Shown here: positions 30,813 through 43,220 of the stretch, one piece after another
Layout: each line of letters begins with the position of its first letter
How positions within the stretch are numbered: position 1 is the stretch's first letter
Assembly (NCBI GenBank): GCA_963726175.1
Contig: CAVSBM010000010.1
Location: 107,155 to 171,154 of the forward strand
Origin: an uncultured Chloroflexia bacterium
GTDB taxonomy: Bacteria; Chloroflexota; Dehalococcoidia; GIF9; AB-539-J10
Reading direction: 5' to 3'
DNA length: 64,000 nucleotides
Position numbers and translations under genes: made by a program
Notes under the pieces: generated by a model
The model's input: only the letters and a program-made list of their open reading frames with translations
What the model was told of the DNA's origin: nothing
Database searches by the model: none

Positions 30813-32039
30813 CTAATACAAGGTTTGACACTCTATCAAGACGGGGAGTGGCTGAAATCATAACAGAGTCAGAACTACTGAGGCTGCTTAACTCGGGGAG
30901 AATTCTGAACCTGAAGCAGGGCTTTGACCCCAGTGCTCCTGACATCCACCTTGGACATGTGGTAGGCCTGAGAAAGCTGCGACAATTCCAGGAGCTAGGG
31001 CATAAAGTCACTCTTATAGTCGGCGACTGGACAGCCAGGATTGGCGACCCCAGCGGTCAGTCAGCTACCCGCCCCATGCTTTCGCCCAATGAAATAGAGA
31101 GCAATGCTCGGACTTACATGGAACAATTCTTCAAAGTGGTGGATAAGGATAAAACGGAGCTAAGATGGCAGAGCGAATGGTTTTCCCAGTTCACTTTGGA
31201 CGAAGTAATTAAGCTCACCAGCAAGTTTACCATCGCCCAGCTTCTAGCCAGAGAGGACTTTAGCAAGCGGTACAGTTCTGGCAACCCCATATCTCTGGCT
31301 GAAATGCTTTACCCTTTGCTTCAGGGCTATGACTCAGTAGCCATCAAGGCCGATGTTGAATTCGGTGGCATTGACCAGAAATTCAATTGCCTTGTGGGCA
31401 GAGAGCTCCAGCAAAGCACGGGGCAACCTCCCCAGCAAGTTTTCCTTGTTCCCCTCTTGATTGGTACTGATGGTAAACAAAAGATGAGCAAGAGTCTTCA
31501 CAACCACATAGGCATTGCTGAGCCTCCCCAGGAAATATACGGCAAGGTGATGTCCATTCCAGACTCCCTTATCCTGGATTATTTTGAGCTAGTGACCGAC
31601 GTTCCTGAAGAAGAAATCGGTGAATTCAATAAGCAACTGAAAACTGACTCAGTTAACCCCATGAACCTCAAGAAGCGATTGGCTCATGAAATCGTCAGGC
31701 AGTTTCATGGCAAGCAGGCAGCGGATGATGCAGAAGAGCACTTTACCCAGGTATTCCAGAACAGGGAGAACTTCACGAAATACGCAAGTGAATAGCTAGT
31801 ATTGCCATCAGAGCTAGCGTTGAAGTGATACTATCACAGGGACATGCCAAGGTGGCTAGTGGATGACTGGTTTGCGGAGAGCATGAGCGAAGCTAAAAGG
31901 CTTGCTTGCTCAGGGTGCTGATCGAGGTAATCGGAGCAGATGGAACCAGCAGTAGTCAATGACGAGAATGTTAAAATGAAAGCCTGGTGATAGAATCAAA
32001 GTCGGCAAACGCCGCTTTGCTGAGATCGTCGATAGTTGA
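30809..32039 (+). CDS. tyrS: Tyrosyl-tRNA synthetase (S4 tail scrambled by several indels after ~31770)
   Basis: HLGH and KMSKS motifs; fragments SMSEAKRL, AQGA and GDRIKVGKRRFAEIVDS* up to 32039. Confidence 0.92.
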
Positions 32040-32069
32040 AAAGGAAAAAGCCTAACTAGGAGGTAGAAA

Positions 32070-33152
32070 ATGCAGCTACGTATTCCAGGACCAACTCCTT
32101 GCCCCCCACAAGCCCTTGAGGCCATGGGGCGCCAAATGATAAACCATCGGGGGCCAGAATTCGGCAAGATTATCAATTCAATAACGGAGAAATTAAGACA
32201 AGCGTTTCAGACCAAGGGAGACGTTTTTGTACTTACCACTTCGGGTACCGGTGGTCTGGAAGCAGCCATCGTTAATACTCTATCGCCGGGCGATAAGGTT
32301 CTATCTCTCGCCAATGGGTTTTTTGCCGACCGCTTCGCGGATATCGCCGTGGAATATGGCGCTCAAGTAACCCGTTTGAACTTTGAATGGGGCAAGCCAG
32401 TTAGCCTTGATGCCGTAGAAAAAGCGTTGAAGACAGATGGCGGTGTCAAGGCGGTACTGGCAACTCATAATGAAACATCCACAGGGATGACCAATGATAT
32501 TAAGGAGATAAGCGCCGTGGTCAAGAAATTCGATAAGCTTCTCTTGGTTGATGCTATTTCAAGCCTGGGCTGCATCGACTTGCCCACCGACGACTGGAAT
32601 TGCGACATAGTGGTCACCGCTTCGCAGAAGGGATGGATGGTGCCTCCCGGCTTAGCCATGGTCAGTGTAAGTGAAAAAGCCTGGCAGGCCCACGCTAAAG
32701 CGAAAATGCCACGCTATTATTTGGATTTCAGCAAAGCCAAAGATTATCTCGGGAAAGGGCAGACTCCCTGGACACCAGCTGTCTCCATTTTCTATGCTCT
32801 TGATGTTACTCTAGACTCAATGTTAAGCGAGGGGCTAGCCAACATATTCGCCAGACACGCCCGAGTAGCCCAGACGGCAAGAAACGGAGCAAAATCATTA
32901 GGTTTATCCCTTTTCCCTGACGAGAAATACGCTTCCAACACAGTGACGGCAGTAAATGCCACAGACAAAATTGATGTCCCCAAATTGATTCAAATTCTCC
33001 GTGAGGAGTACGAGGTAATTCTTGCCGGCGGTCAGCAAAAATTGTCAGGCAGGATCTTCCGGATTGGTCATCTCGGCTTCGTATACGAAGACGATATCAA
33101 GGTGGTGCTGGAAGCCATAAGGAAGACTCTGCCCAGAACAAAGAAAGGCTAA
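32070..33152 (+). CDS. Class V aminotransferase (alanine-glyoxylate/phosphoserine type)
   Basis: IPGPT, HNETSTG, VDAISS, ASQKG PLP lysine; upstream of serA. Confidence 0.9.
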   Translation: MQLRIPGPTPCPPQALEAMGRQMINHRGPEFGKIINSITEKLRQAFQTKGDVFVLTTSGTGGLEAAIVNTLSPGDKVLSLANGFFADRFADIAVEYGAQVTRLNFEWGKPVSLDAVEKALKTDGGVKAVLATHNETSTGMTNDIKEISAVVKKFDKLLLVDAISSLGCIDLPTDDWNCDIVVTASQKGWMVPPGLAMVSVSEKAWQAHAKAKMPRYYLDFSKAKDYLGKGQTPWTPAVSIFYALDVTLDSMLSEGLANIFARHARVAQTARNGAKSLGLSLFPDEKYASNTVTAVNATDKIDVPKLIQILREEYEVILAGGQQKLSGRIFRIGHLGFVYEDDIKVVLEAIRKTLPRTKKG

Positions 33153-33156
33153 CCAG

Positions 33157-34723
33157 ATGATGAGAATTTTAGTGGCCGACCCAATTGCCGAAGAAGGGAT
33201 ACAAGTTCTGCGCAGCTGTGCTCAGGTCGACGTCAAGACGAAGTTAGAGCTTGAGCAGCTCAAGGCGATAATCGGCGATTATGATGCCTTGATTGTCCGC
33301 AGCCAAACTAAAGTAGGGGCAGAGGTTATTGAGTCAGCGAAGAAGCTCAAGGTGATCGGTCGAGCCGGAGTAGGCATAGACAACATTGATGTCGACGCTG
33401 CTACCAGGAAGGGCATTGTGGTGGTTAACGCCCCTACAGGCAATATTATAGCTGCCGCAGAACACACCATCGCCCTCATGCTTGCCCTGGCACGTAATGT
33501 GCCACAAGCGAATAGCCACCTTAAATCAGGCAAATGGCGAAGGGAGGAATTTGTCGGCACGGAAATCAGGAATAAGACATTGGGCATCATCGGCCTAGGT
33601 AATGTCGGCTCTGAAGTAGCCAAACGGGTCCAGGCATTTGAAATGCGCGTTATCGCCCACGACCCCTTTGTCTCCCAAGACTATGCCCGCAACCTCAAAG
33701 TAGACCTGGTGTCCCTGGACCAGCTTCTTAGAGAGGCTGATTTCATCACTCTCCATGTGCCGCTGACTGCCACCACTACCAAATTAATCGGACGTAAAGA
33801 GTTGGCAAAACTGAAGCCCACGGCCCGCATTATCAACTGCGCCCGGGGCGGAGTGATTGACGAGGAAGCCTTACTCGAAGCAATCAAAGCTGGGAAGATA
33901 GCTGGCGCTGCTTTCGATGTCTTTGACCATGAGCCGGTAACAGATAGTCCTCTCTTCAGAGAGGATAAGATAATCGTTACCCCTCATCTCGGGGCCTCCA
34001 CAATTGAGGCTCAGACCAGCGTAGCCAAGGACGTTGCCGCAGAAGTTTTGGCGGTGCTTCAGGGACAATTCAGTAAGTATGCGGTTAATGCCCCACATAT
34101 AGCCCCTGAGCTGGTACCATTTATGAGAGTAGCGGCAACTATCGGCAATCTTGCCAGCCAGCTAATGGAGGGACAAATAAATTCAGCACACATCAAGTAT
34201 AGCGGAGGAGTAAGCTAACTACGATTGCAACTCTATTAAGACGGCACTTATCAGCGGGCTATTGCAACAAGCAAGCGAGGAAAGAATCAACCTGGTCAAC
34301 GTTGGTCTTATCGCCACTCAGCATGGCTTGAAGATAAGCGAAGAAAAAGAGGCAGTATGCCAGAATTACGCCAACTTGCTCACACTGCAGGTCAATACTA
34401 ATGCAAGAACCACTACAATATCGGGCACAGTTAGAGATGGTGAGACTCACATCGTCCAGGTCAATGACTTCTGGATGGATATCGTGCCCGCTGGCGGATA
34501 TTTCCTCTTCTGTGACCATCTCGATCGGCCCCGACTTGTTGGCGCCATCGGTAATATAACTGGCAAGGCCGATATCAACATTAGCTCCATGCACCTATCC
34601 CGACTCCAGCCCCGGGGAAAAGCGCTCATGATCTTGGCTCTCGATCAACCACTCGGCGAAGAACAGTTACAGGAGATACGTGCTCTCCCTGGTGTTTACA
34701 GTGCCAAAGCAGTAAAGCTATAA
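33157..34723 (+). CDS. serA: D-3-phosphoglycerate dehydrogenase (one +1 shift near 34212)
   Basis: GRAGVGIDN, GLGNVG, NCARGG, PHLGAST; ASB and ACT domains continue in next frame. Confidence 0.93.
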
Positions 34724-34798
34724 ATAGCCTTAATATGCAGTTAACCATAAGTAACAATCCAGGCGACTGCGCAACATTCGGAAAGGTTGCTCAGAGGG

Positions 34799-37700
34799 CT
34801 ATACCTTCGCTGCGCGACGTCTCCGAAGGACTATAACTGCTATCACGAGTATACCAATGGCTATTATTGCCCAGCCCCAGGTGGGCATGCCTTGTCTTTC
34901 CCCAACCTGAATGGTTCTTGAGTGGGAAGAGACTACGCCGTCGTTGTCCACTACGGCTAAGGACACCATATATTCGCCGGGCACCAAGAAAGTGTGAGTT
35001 GCCATTTCACCTGTTGAGTTGTTTCCATCTCCGAAATCCCATTGATACGCGGCAATCGTACCGTCGACGTCGCGCGACAAAGAAGCATCAAAGCTGATTT
35101 CCTCGTTGACAGAGACATCATTCGGTGAAAGGGTGAATGACGCGATTGGTGGCTGGAGAGTCCTTGTTTCCTCGAAGATTCCATCACCATTGGAGTCTAT
35201 CTGGACTGTGGCAGTATGCCCGCCTTGAGCGAAAATGCCCGAGTCAGTAGTGTACTGATGCACTACCTTAGCTGCAATTGAAATGTCAGTGAAACTAAAG
35301 GTATCGACCTTCTCCCCAGTAACTGAGAAGATGTCTAAGCCATAGGCTCCTTCGCCAGTGCCGACCACCTCGTAGTGATAGTAATCTGAAGCATCAAATA
35401 TGAAAATAGTGTCCCCGGCGCAGAACGAATTCGGTATCTCTTCTTTTGGCACTCCGTCCACCAGACCTGTGACTCTCCCCTGTGAGTCGTAGATGCGGAA
35501 CTCAGCCGGGCTGTGACCTTGTAGGATTATGTTCGATGAAGGTGCTGTCCAATAAAGTTCACCGTCAATTGGCAGCCAATCTTTCGTGAAAGTGAAGTTG
35601 AGCGGGTGCACTTTCTCCCACAGGCGTATTGACTGTGACTTTCACCGTGAGATCACCAGCTAAGTTAACATCAAATCCATGTAACAATTCTGCGAAGAAG
35701 GCCCTAAACCAAACTAACCAAGCCCATTCGTCGTCACTCACGGGCATTGATGCTATGAAATCAGGAGCCATCGCCTCGCCAATCACAGCTTTTGCCAGCT
35801 CCTTAACAACGGTCTCTCCCACGCTCTTCGCCATGGATTTCACTAACAATATGGCGTCCACCAACCGGGCCTCTTTGGTCCCCCCCAAAACTAGAGAAAC
35901 CGGTGGAACCTCCATCTCGATTCGATTGACACTCCAGTCCACACCTTTACTATTGGCATAGAATCTCTCAGCGCCAAATTGGAGGAAGTATTCACTTCCG
36001 CTCGTCCCATCTCCAAAGTAGTCGCCGGTTAGTGTGACCGAGCCACCTGGATTAGCACGTGGCGGGTTGATATTTTCCAGAACTGGTTCCATAAAGGTAA
36101 ACTGCACTTCGTTACTGGTCTTCGTGGCCAGAATGACGAGGCCATAGGCCAAGTGAACATCGACTCTCTTTTCCGGCGACAATCGAAGATCCCACGCAGG
36201 CACCTTAACAACTATCTTGTTGGGAAATGACTCCGTGTCTACTGAAAGAATCTCCGTTTTCTCCAACAATCCGCTTCCTCCGAAATCCACTATCCATTGC
36301 TTTCCCGGATCTGGAGGCAACTCATCAAAGTTCACCCCTGTAATCGCAACTGTATCACCAGGTACGCCGAAATTGGGCGTAATCTGAGAGATATACGCAT
36401 CCGTCGGGAACTGAACCGTAATATCCTTGACTCTGCCCCCATCAGCCAAGCTTGGGTCCAGCTCAAGGCTTGTGTTCCACTCACCGTCAGGCGTCTGATA
36501 TGCACAGAGGAAATGATAATCACCAGCTTCGGTTAATTCTAAGGTTCCTTCGTATGGATGTGGTTGGCCTGGACTAAGCGTAAGAGATTGAGTACTAAAA
36601 TCAGGATACTCTCCATTTGGTAGCTTTCCGTTATTAAATGTTCCTCCTACAATCAATTTATCAAGTATGATAGGCTCACTTCCAACATTTTTTATCGTAA
36701 ATCTAGCTGTTACTAGATCGCTTACGTAGTACTTATCTTTCTCCGGGGTTATCTGTAAAGGAGAAGTAATAATAAGCTTAGGAGCCAATGTTGGGTTTAT
36801 CGTTAGTATGTACGTCACTTCAGGTGACCAGGTATCATGGCTATCCTTAACTTTGAAGTAGATGGTATGAGTTCCTACAGATAGATTTGACTTAGTAAAT
36901 GAGCTCGAGGTGCTTAACTGTCCATCTATGCTTGACCTCCAGTTGTACGCTGTTATTGAGTCGCCAGGATCTGGGCCTGTTCCATGACCACTGAAGGACA
37001 CTGCTTCCCCTTGGTTTGCCGGGTTTGGTGATATAGAGTCAATGTAGGCAAAAAGTGCGCCTGCAGAGATGGCGAATCTACCGCTTATGCCTTCATCCAG
37101 TATCCAGCCCTCCACATCAATTGCCCTGACCTTTATCCTGCAATTGGTTGACGAGACGCTGAATACCCAGTCTAGATAGTAGGTGGTTACACTTTGGGGG
37201 ATGTTCTGCCAGATGCCGCCATCGTCGGTGGAATAATACACCCAGAAATAACTGATGCGAGCCTTGTTATACCCATCATCGCTCACCGACCATTCGACCC
37301 TGTAACTATTACCCGGATTCCAAACAGCGCCAGCCTGCGGGGAGGTGACGGAGATGGTTATGCCCTCAAAGTAGGCGCTGACGCTCTTGCTGGAGTCCAT
37401 GGTGATGGTTATGGGATTCTGCCGACACTGCTGAGAAGACCAGCCGGATACAGCTGACCCTCCCCAGTGGACAAAGGTGTAGCCTGAGGCCTGGTTGGCA
37501 GTAACAGTCACCGGAGTGCCTGCACTATAGCTGCCACCAGCAGGATTAAGGCTAATACCACCTCCCCCTGAAGGGACCGAGGTGGTGAGAGTAACCTTTG
37601 CGCCTGCAGAGATGGCGAATCTACCGCTTATGCCTTCATCCAGTATCCAGCCCTCCACATCAATTGCCCTGACCTTTATCCTGCAATTGGTTGACGAGAC

Positions 37701-40700
37701 GCTGGGTACCCAGTCTAGATAGTAGGTGGTTACACTTTGGGGGATGTTCTGCCAGATGCCGCCATCGTCGGTGGAATAATACACCCAGAAATAACTGATG
37801 CGAGCCTTGTTATACCCATCATCGCTCACCGACCATTCGACCCTGTAACTATTACCCGGATTCCAAACAGCGCCAGCCTGTGGGGAGGTGACGGAGATGG
37901 TTATGCCCTCAAAGTAGGCGCTGACGCTCTTGCTGGAGTCCATGGTGATGGTTATGGGATTCTGCCGACACTGCTGAGAAGACCAGCCGGATACAGCTGA
38001 CCCTCCCCAGTGGACAAAGGTGTAGCCTGAGGCCTGGTTGGCAGTAACAGTCACCGGAGTGCCTGCACTATAGCTGCCACCAGCAGGATTAAGGCTAATA
38101 CCACCTCCCCCTGAAGGGACCGAGGTGGTGAGAGTAACCTTTGCGCCTGCAGAGATGGCGAATCTACCGCTTATGCCTTCATCCAGTATCCAGCCCTCCA
38201 CATCAATTGCCCTGACCTTTATCCTGCAATTGGTTGACGAGACGCTGGGTACCCAGTCTAGATAGTAGGTGGTTACACTTTGGGGGATGTTCTGCCAGAT
38301 GCCGCCATCGTCGGTGGAATAATACACCCAGAAATAACTGATGCGAGCCTTGTTATACCCATCATCGCTCACCGACCATTCGACCCTGTAACTATTACCC
38401 GGATTCCAAACAGCGCCAGCCTGCGGGGAGGTGACGGAGATGGTTATGCCCTCAAAGTAGGCACTGACGCTCTTGCTGGAGTCCATGGTGATGGTTATGG
38501 GATTCTGCCGACACTGCTGAGAAGACCAGCCGGATACAGCTGACCCTCCCCAGTGGACAAAGGTGTAGCCTGAGGCCTGGTTGGCAGTAACAGTCACCGG
38601 AGTGCCTGCACTATAGCTGCCACCAGCAGGATTAAGGCTAATACCACCTCCCCCCGAAGGGACCGAGGTGGTGAGAGTAACCTGTGCGCCTGCAGAGATG
38701 GCGAATCTACCGCTTATGCCTTCATCCAGTATCCAGCCCTCCACATCAATTGCCCTGACCTTTATCCTGCAATTGGTTGACGAGACGCTGGGTACCCAGT
38801 CTAGATAGTAGGTGGTTACACTTTGGGGGATGTTCTGCCAGATGCCGCCATCGTCGGTGGAATAATACACCCAGAAATAACTGATGCGAGCCTTGTTATA
38901 CCCATCATCGCTCACCGACCATTCGACCCTGTAACTATTACCCGGATTCCAAACAGCGCCAGCCTGCGGGGAGGTGACGGAGATGGTTATGCCCTCAAAG
39001 TAGGCGCTGACGCTCTTGCTGGAGTCCATGGTGATGGTTATGGGATTCTGCCGACACTGCTGAGAAGACCAGCCGGATACAGCTGACCCTCCCCAGTGGA
39101 CAAAGGTGTAGCCTGAGGCCTGGTTGGCAGTAACAGTCACCGGAGTGCCTGCACTATAGCTGCCACCAGCAGGATTAAGGCTAATACCACCTCCCCCTGA
39201 AGGGACCGAGGTGGTGAGAGTAACCTGTGCGCCTGCAGAGATGGCGAATCTACCGCTTATGCCTTCATCCAGTATCCAGCCCTCCACATCAATTGCCCTG
39301 ACCTTTATCCTGCAATTGGTTGACGAGACGCTGGGTACCCAGTCTAGATAGTAGGTGGTTACACTTTGGGGGATGTTCTGCCAGATGCCGCCATCGTCGG
39401 TGGAATAATACACCCAGAAATAACTGATGCGAGCCTTGTTATACCCATCATCGCTCACCGACCATTCGACCCTGTAACTATTACCCGGATTCCAAACAGC
39501 GCCAGCCTGTGGGGAGGTGACGGAGATGGTTATGCCCTCAAAGTAGGCGCTGACGCTCTTGCTGGAGTCCATGGTGATGGTTATGGGATTCTGCCGACAC
39601 TGCTGAGAAGACCAGCCGGATACAGCTGACCCTCCCCAGTGGACAAAGGTGTAGCCTGAGGCCTGGTTGGCAGTAACAGTCACCGGAGTGCCTGCACTAT
39701 AGCTGCCACCAGCAGGATTAAGGCTAATACCACCTCCCCCTGAAGGGACCGAGGTGGTGAGAGTAACCTTTGCGCCTGCAGAGATGGCGAATCTACCGCT
39801 TATGCCTTCATCCAGTATCCAGCCCTCCACATCAATTGCCCTGACCTTTATCCTGCAATTGGTTGACGAGACGCTGGGTACCCAGTCTAGATAGTAGGTG
39901 GTTACACTTTGGGGGATGTTCTGCCAGATGCCGCCATCGTCGGTGGAATAATACACCCAGAAATAACTGATGCGAGCCTTGTTATACCCATCATCGCTCA
40001 CCGACCATTCGACCCTGTAACTATTACCCGGATTCCAAACAGCGCCAGCCTGCGGGGAGGTGACGGAGATGGTTATGCCCTCAAAGTAGGCGCTGACGCT
40101 CTTGCTGGAGTCCATGGTGATGGTTATGGGATTCTGCCGACACTGCTGAGAAGACCAGCCGGATACAGCTGACCCTCCCCAGTGGACAAAGGTGTAGCCT
40201 GAGGCCTGGTTGGCAGTAACAGTCACCGGAGTGCCTGCACTATAGCTGCCACCAGCAGGATTAAGGCTAATACCACCTCCCCCTGAAGGGACCGAGGTGG
40301 TGAGAGTAACCTGTGCGCCTGCAGAGATGGCGAATCTACCGCTTATGCCTTCATCCAGTATCCAGCCCTCCACATCAATTGCCCTGACCTTTATCCTGCA
40401 ATTGGTTGACGAGACGCTGGGTACCCAGTCTAGATAGTAGGTGGTTACACTTTGGGGGATGTTCTGCCAGATGCCGCCATCGTCGGTGGAATAATACACC
40501 CAGAAATAACTGATGCGAGCCTTGTTATACCCATCATCGCTCACCGACCATTCGACCCTGTAACTATTACCCGGATTCCAAACAGCGCCAGCCTGTGGGG
40601 AGGTGACGGAGATGGTTATGCCCTCAAAGTAGGCGCTGACGCTCTTGCTGGAGTCCATGGTGATGGTTATGGGATTCTGCCGACACTGCTGAGAAGACCA

Positions 40701-40964
40701 GCCGGATACAGCTGACCCTCCCCAGTGGACAAAGGTGTAGCCTGAGGCCTGGTTGGCAGTAACAGTCACCGGAGTGCCTGCACTATAGCTGCCACCAGCA
40801 GGATTAAGGCTAATACCACCTCCCCCCGAAGGGACCGAGGTGGTGAGAGTGTAGGATGCACCAGCTACACTGGCGATGCCTATCCAACCCCCGAACATCG
40901 ACCCAATCACCGCAAATACAAGTCCAATCCCAAAGATTTTGCTGATCAACTTCCCTTTCCTCAT
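34799..40964 (-). CDS. Giant surface protein: signal peptide, 7x (InlB-B-repeat-like + Ig-like) units, Ig/IPT domains, PKD, C-terminal TM anchor (one +1 shift near 35605)
   Basis: 1806-aa and 270-aa ORFs join by removing one C; WDFGDG PKD motif; TM plus RRRR tail. Confidence 0.88.
37056..40850. repeat. Tandem array of seven 543-bp units, about 99% identical
   Basis: Exact 543-bp period; only about five variable sites among copies. Confidence 0.98.
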
Positions 40965-41143
40965 TGCCGCACCTTCCCTATTCACGCTTTTATATTTACC
41001 TCAGCCTTCGATAGACTCCTGAGAGGCTCTTATCCTTCCCTATGTGCTGAACTGAACATGATGGGAACCACGACAACCCTCCGACGCACACACTTGACCA
41101 CGAACCTTATGTTGGTCTTGATGTAATATTTCTTACAGAAACT

Positions 41144-41171
41144 ATTGTACCATTCTCTGGTGAACTGTCAA
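41144..41171 (-). promoter_or_regulatory. Sigma70-type promoter of the giant surface protein gene
   Basis: TTGACA-16-TACAAT on minus strand. Confidence 0.6.
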
Positions 41172-41287
41172 TACACCTAACTTAACTTTTCTTACCAATC
41201 GCGGCCTTTTCCCTATTGCAATGGCTGAATTCTTGATTCTGTGTTTGCTTGGTCAAAGCAGCGCCGAAGCTTAGAGTTCTTATTTCA

Positions 41288-41322
41288 CCCTCACCTTAAT
41301 CCTCTCCCTTCAAGGGAGAGAG
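41288..41322. repeat. REP-like CCCTCACC..CCTCTCCC-N-GGGAGAG palindrome
   Basis: CTCTCCCTT-C-AAGGGAGAG inverted repeat just 3' of the toxin gene. Confidence 0.55.
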
Positions 41323-41343
41323 AAGTCATGCAGGATGCTATAC

Positions 41344-41694
41344 TCACCGAATTCTCATACTACCTCTGTAAAGAGTAACCAACTTCCCCTGGAATATTTC
41401 CAAATCATGGCTACGAAGACAATTCTCCACCATCATAATTTCTTCTTCCGACTTCAGATTACCATGCCGAATATAAATAATCCCCTTAGTTTTCCCTGCT
41501 GGAAAGCGAATGGGATCAGCAAAATGATGATCTCTGGTGACAAAAATTGCTTGTTCTCGTAGTATCAAAGTGTAAATATCCTCGTCCAATATTCCCCTTT
41601 TAGGAAGTTCAGAGGTAGAGATAACATCATACCCTCTCATACGCAATCTTTCCACGAGTCCATAGCTGACATTCTCATCCACCACGATTTTCAT
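41344..41694 (-). CDS. DUF5615 PIN-like toxin
   Basis: MKIVVDENV, D.DI, FVTRD..F, GIIYIR. Confidence 0.85.
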   Translation of the reverse strand: MKIVVDENVSYGLVERLRMRGYDVISTSELPKRGILDEDIYTLILREQAIFVTRDHHFADPIRFPAGKTKGIIYIRHGNLKSEEEIMMVENCLRSHDLEIFQGKLVTLYRGSMRIR

Positions 41695-41910
41695 CTACAG
41701 AGCTACCTTTTCAGTAGACAGATACGCGGCATATTCGAGACAAGCCAAGATATCTTCGCGCTTGAGTCGGGGGAAATTCTTTAATATGGTCTCGTAATCC
41801 TCCCCGGCTGCCAGATGGCTAAGGATTACATGCACTGGAATACGAGTATCCTTAATACAGGGTTCCCCACTGCAGATATTTGAATCTGAAATAATCCTCG
41901 AATTCATCAT
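41695..41910 (-). CDS. DUF433 antitoxin
   Basis: ICSGEPCIKDTRIPV..IL..LA.G...IL..FP.L..EDI.ACL.YA. Confidence 0.92.
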   Translation of the reverse strand: MMNSRIISDSNICSGEPCIKDTRIPVHVILSHLAAGEDYETILKNFPRLKREDILACLEYAAYLSTEKVAL

Positions 41911-41929
41911 ACGCCCCCTTTATCACTAT

Positions 41930-42231
41930 TATAGTCACTTGTTCACTGCCTTAGCAATCATTGCCTCAGTTCCGTTCTCTGATTTTGATGGTTAAGCTCT
42001 TGTTCACATCCAGATTTTCGGTGTAGGTACCCGGATAGACGATTATGTTATCGCCCGGACTAGCAGCATTCACCGTTGCCTCAATTGTTAGATAGTCGTC
42101 GGGGACAGAAATAGTTCCCGGAGAGGCTTCAGCTTCGCTCGTAAAACAGGCAACCCGCCAAGCATCGCCCCAATCAACACCAATATAAGTACAATCCCAA
42201 AGATTTTGCCTATCAATTTGCATTTTTCCAT
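41930..42231 (-). pseudogene. Truncated surface-protein gene (signal peptide plus start of NosD/beta-helix domain)
   Basis: MEKCKLIGKIFGIVLILVLIGAMLGG, frameshift, then VPDDYLTIEATVNAASPGD.I.V.PGTY.EN.DVNKSLTI; ends at the TA pair. Confidence 0.75.
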
Positions 42232-42297
42232 TGCCGCACCTCCCTTGTTCACTCTTTTATATTTACCCTCATCCTTCGCTGACCCTTCGCGGGAGAA

Positions 42298-43220
42298 GGG
42301 ATTGCTTCGGCTGACTTCGCCAGCCTCGCAATGAAACTAGGAGTCGAGGGAGAGGAAGAAGATAACGAATAACACTGTCACATCTAAGGAAAGAGGATTG
42401 ATTAGTCAGTCCAGAGGATTAATAACTAAACCAGCGGGGAGTTTGGGGTAAAAGTAAGTCGATTTGCGTGGCATCCTGTCTTGAGCATCGGCAACAGCCT
42501 TGACCATCTCCGGCTGGGGAGGACGTAACAGGAAAGCCAACTGATACTTCCCCTCTCTTATCTGCTCCTGGGCCTCCTTCAAATCCACGGTATAAGCGAC
42601 ATCTAGATCCTTCGCTTCGCTCAGGACGGCGTCCAAAATAACATGATTAAGGATGCTAACGCCGAAGTCCCGATAAGCATGAGACCTGTTACCCGGCATC
42701 ATGGTCTCAAGCGAAACATCTTGGCGTTTCTTCAGTACCACCAGAGAGCCAGGCTGTAAACCTAGTATCCCTAGACAGCTATCAGCCGGCAGATCCCAGC
42801 TGCCAGTTCCTAACGAAACGGACGCAACGGTAAAAAAGGTCTTGAGTTGATCCTTCAGCCCCATTAAGCTTGAAGGCGCTATGTTACGCACCAGTCTGTG
42901 CAGAGGTAGCACAACAAGTCCCGGGTCAGAAAACTCAACTAACTCCATCATCACATAATTGAAAGGCTTCTTTACCAGCTTAGAGATTGCTTCGCTTCGC
43001 TCGCAATCACAGAGGAGTCAAAGGAATCAGCTTGCTCCTGTGCTCTTTCTTGTCGGTAAGTCAGTGCTGTTTCGTAGCGGTGATGACCATCAGCAATGTA
43101 AATAGGTTGAGAGGATAGAAGCTCGCCTAGCTCTCGCTTAGTTTCCGGGTCGGTTAATCGCCCATAGGGTATGAGCTTCGTTAGAGTCAGGGAGATTGCT
43201 TCGCTGCGCTCGCAATGACA
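42298..43220. repeat. Three copies of a GAGATTGCTTCG...CTCGCAATGAC palindromic element (42298-42334, 42983-43011, 43192-43220)
   Basis: Shared ATTGC...GCAAT stem; two copies lie inside the DUF1015 gene. Confidence 0.8.

Noticed and set aside
37056-40850. CRISPR array or seven small plus-strand genes
   Set aside because: No spacers, 543-bp period; the 87-aa plus-strand ORFs are antisense shadows of the repeat
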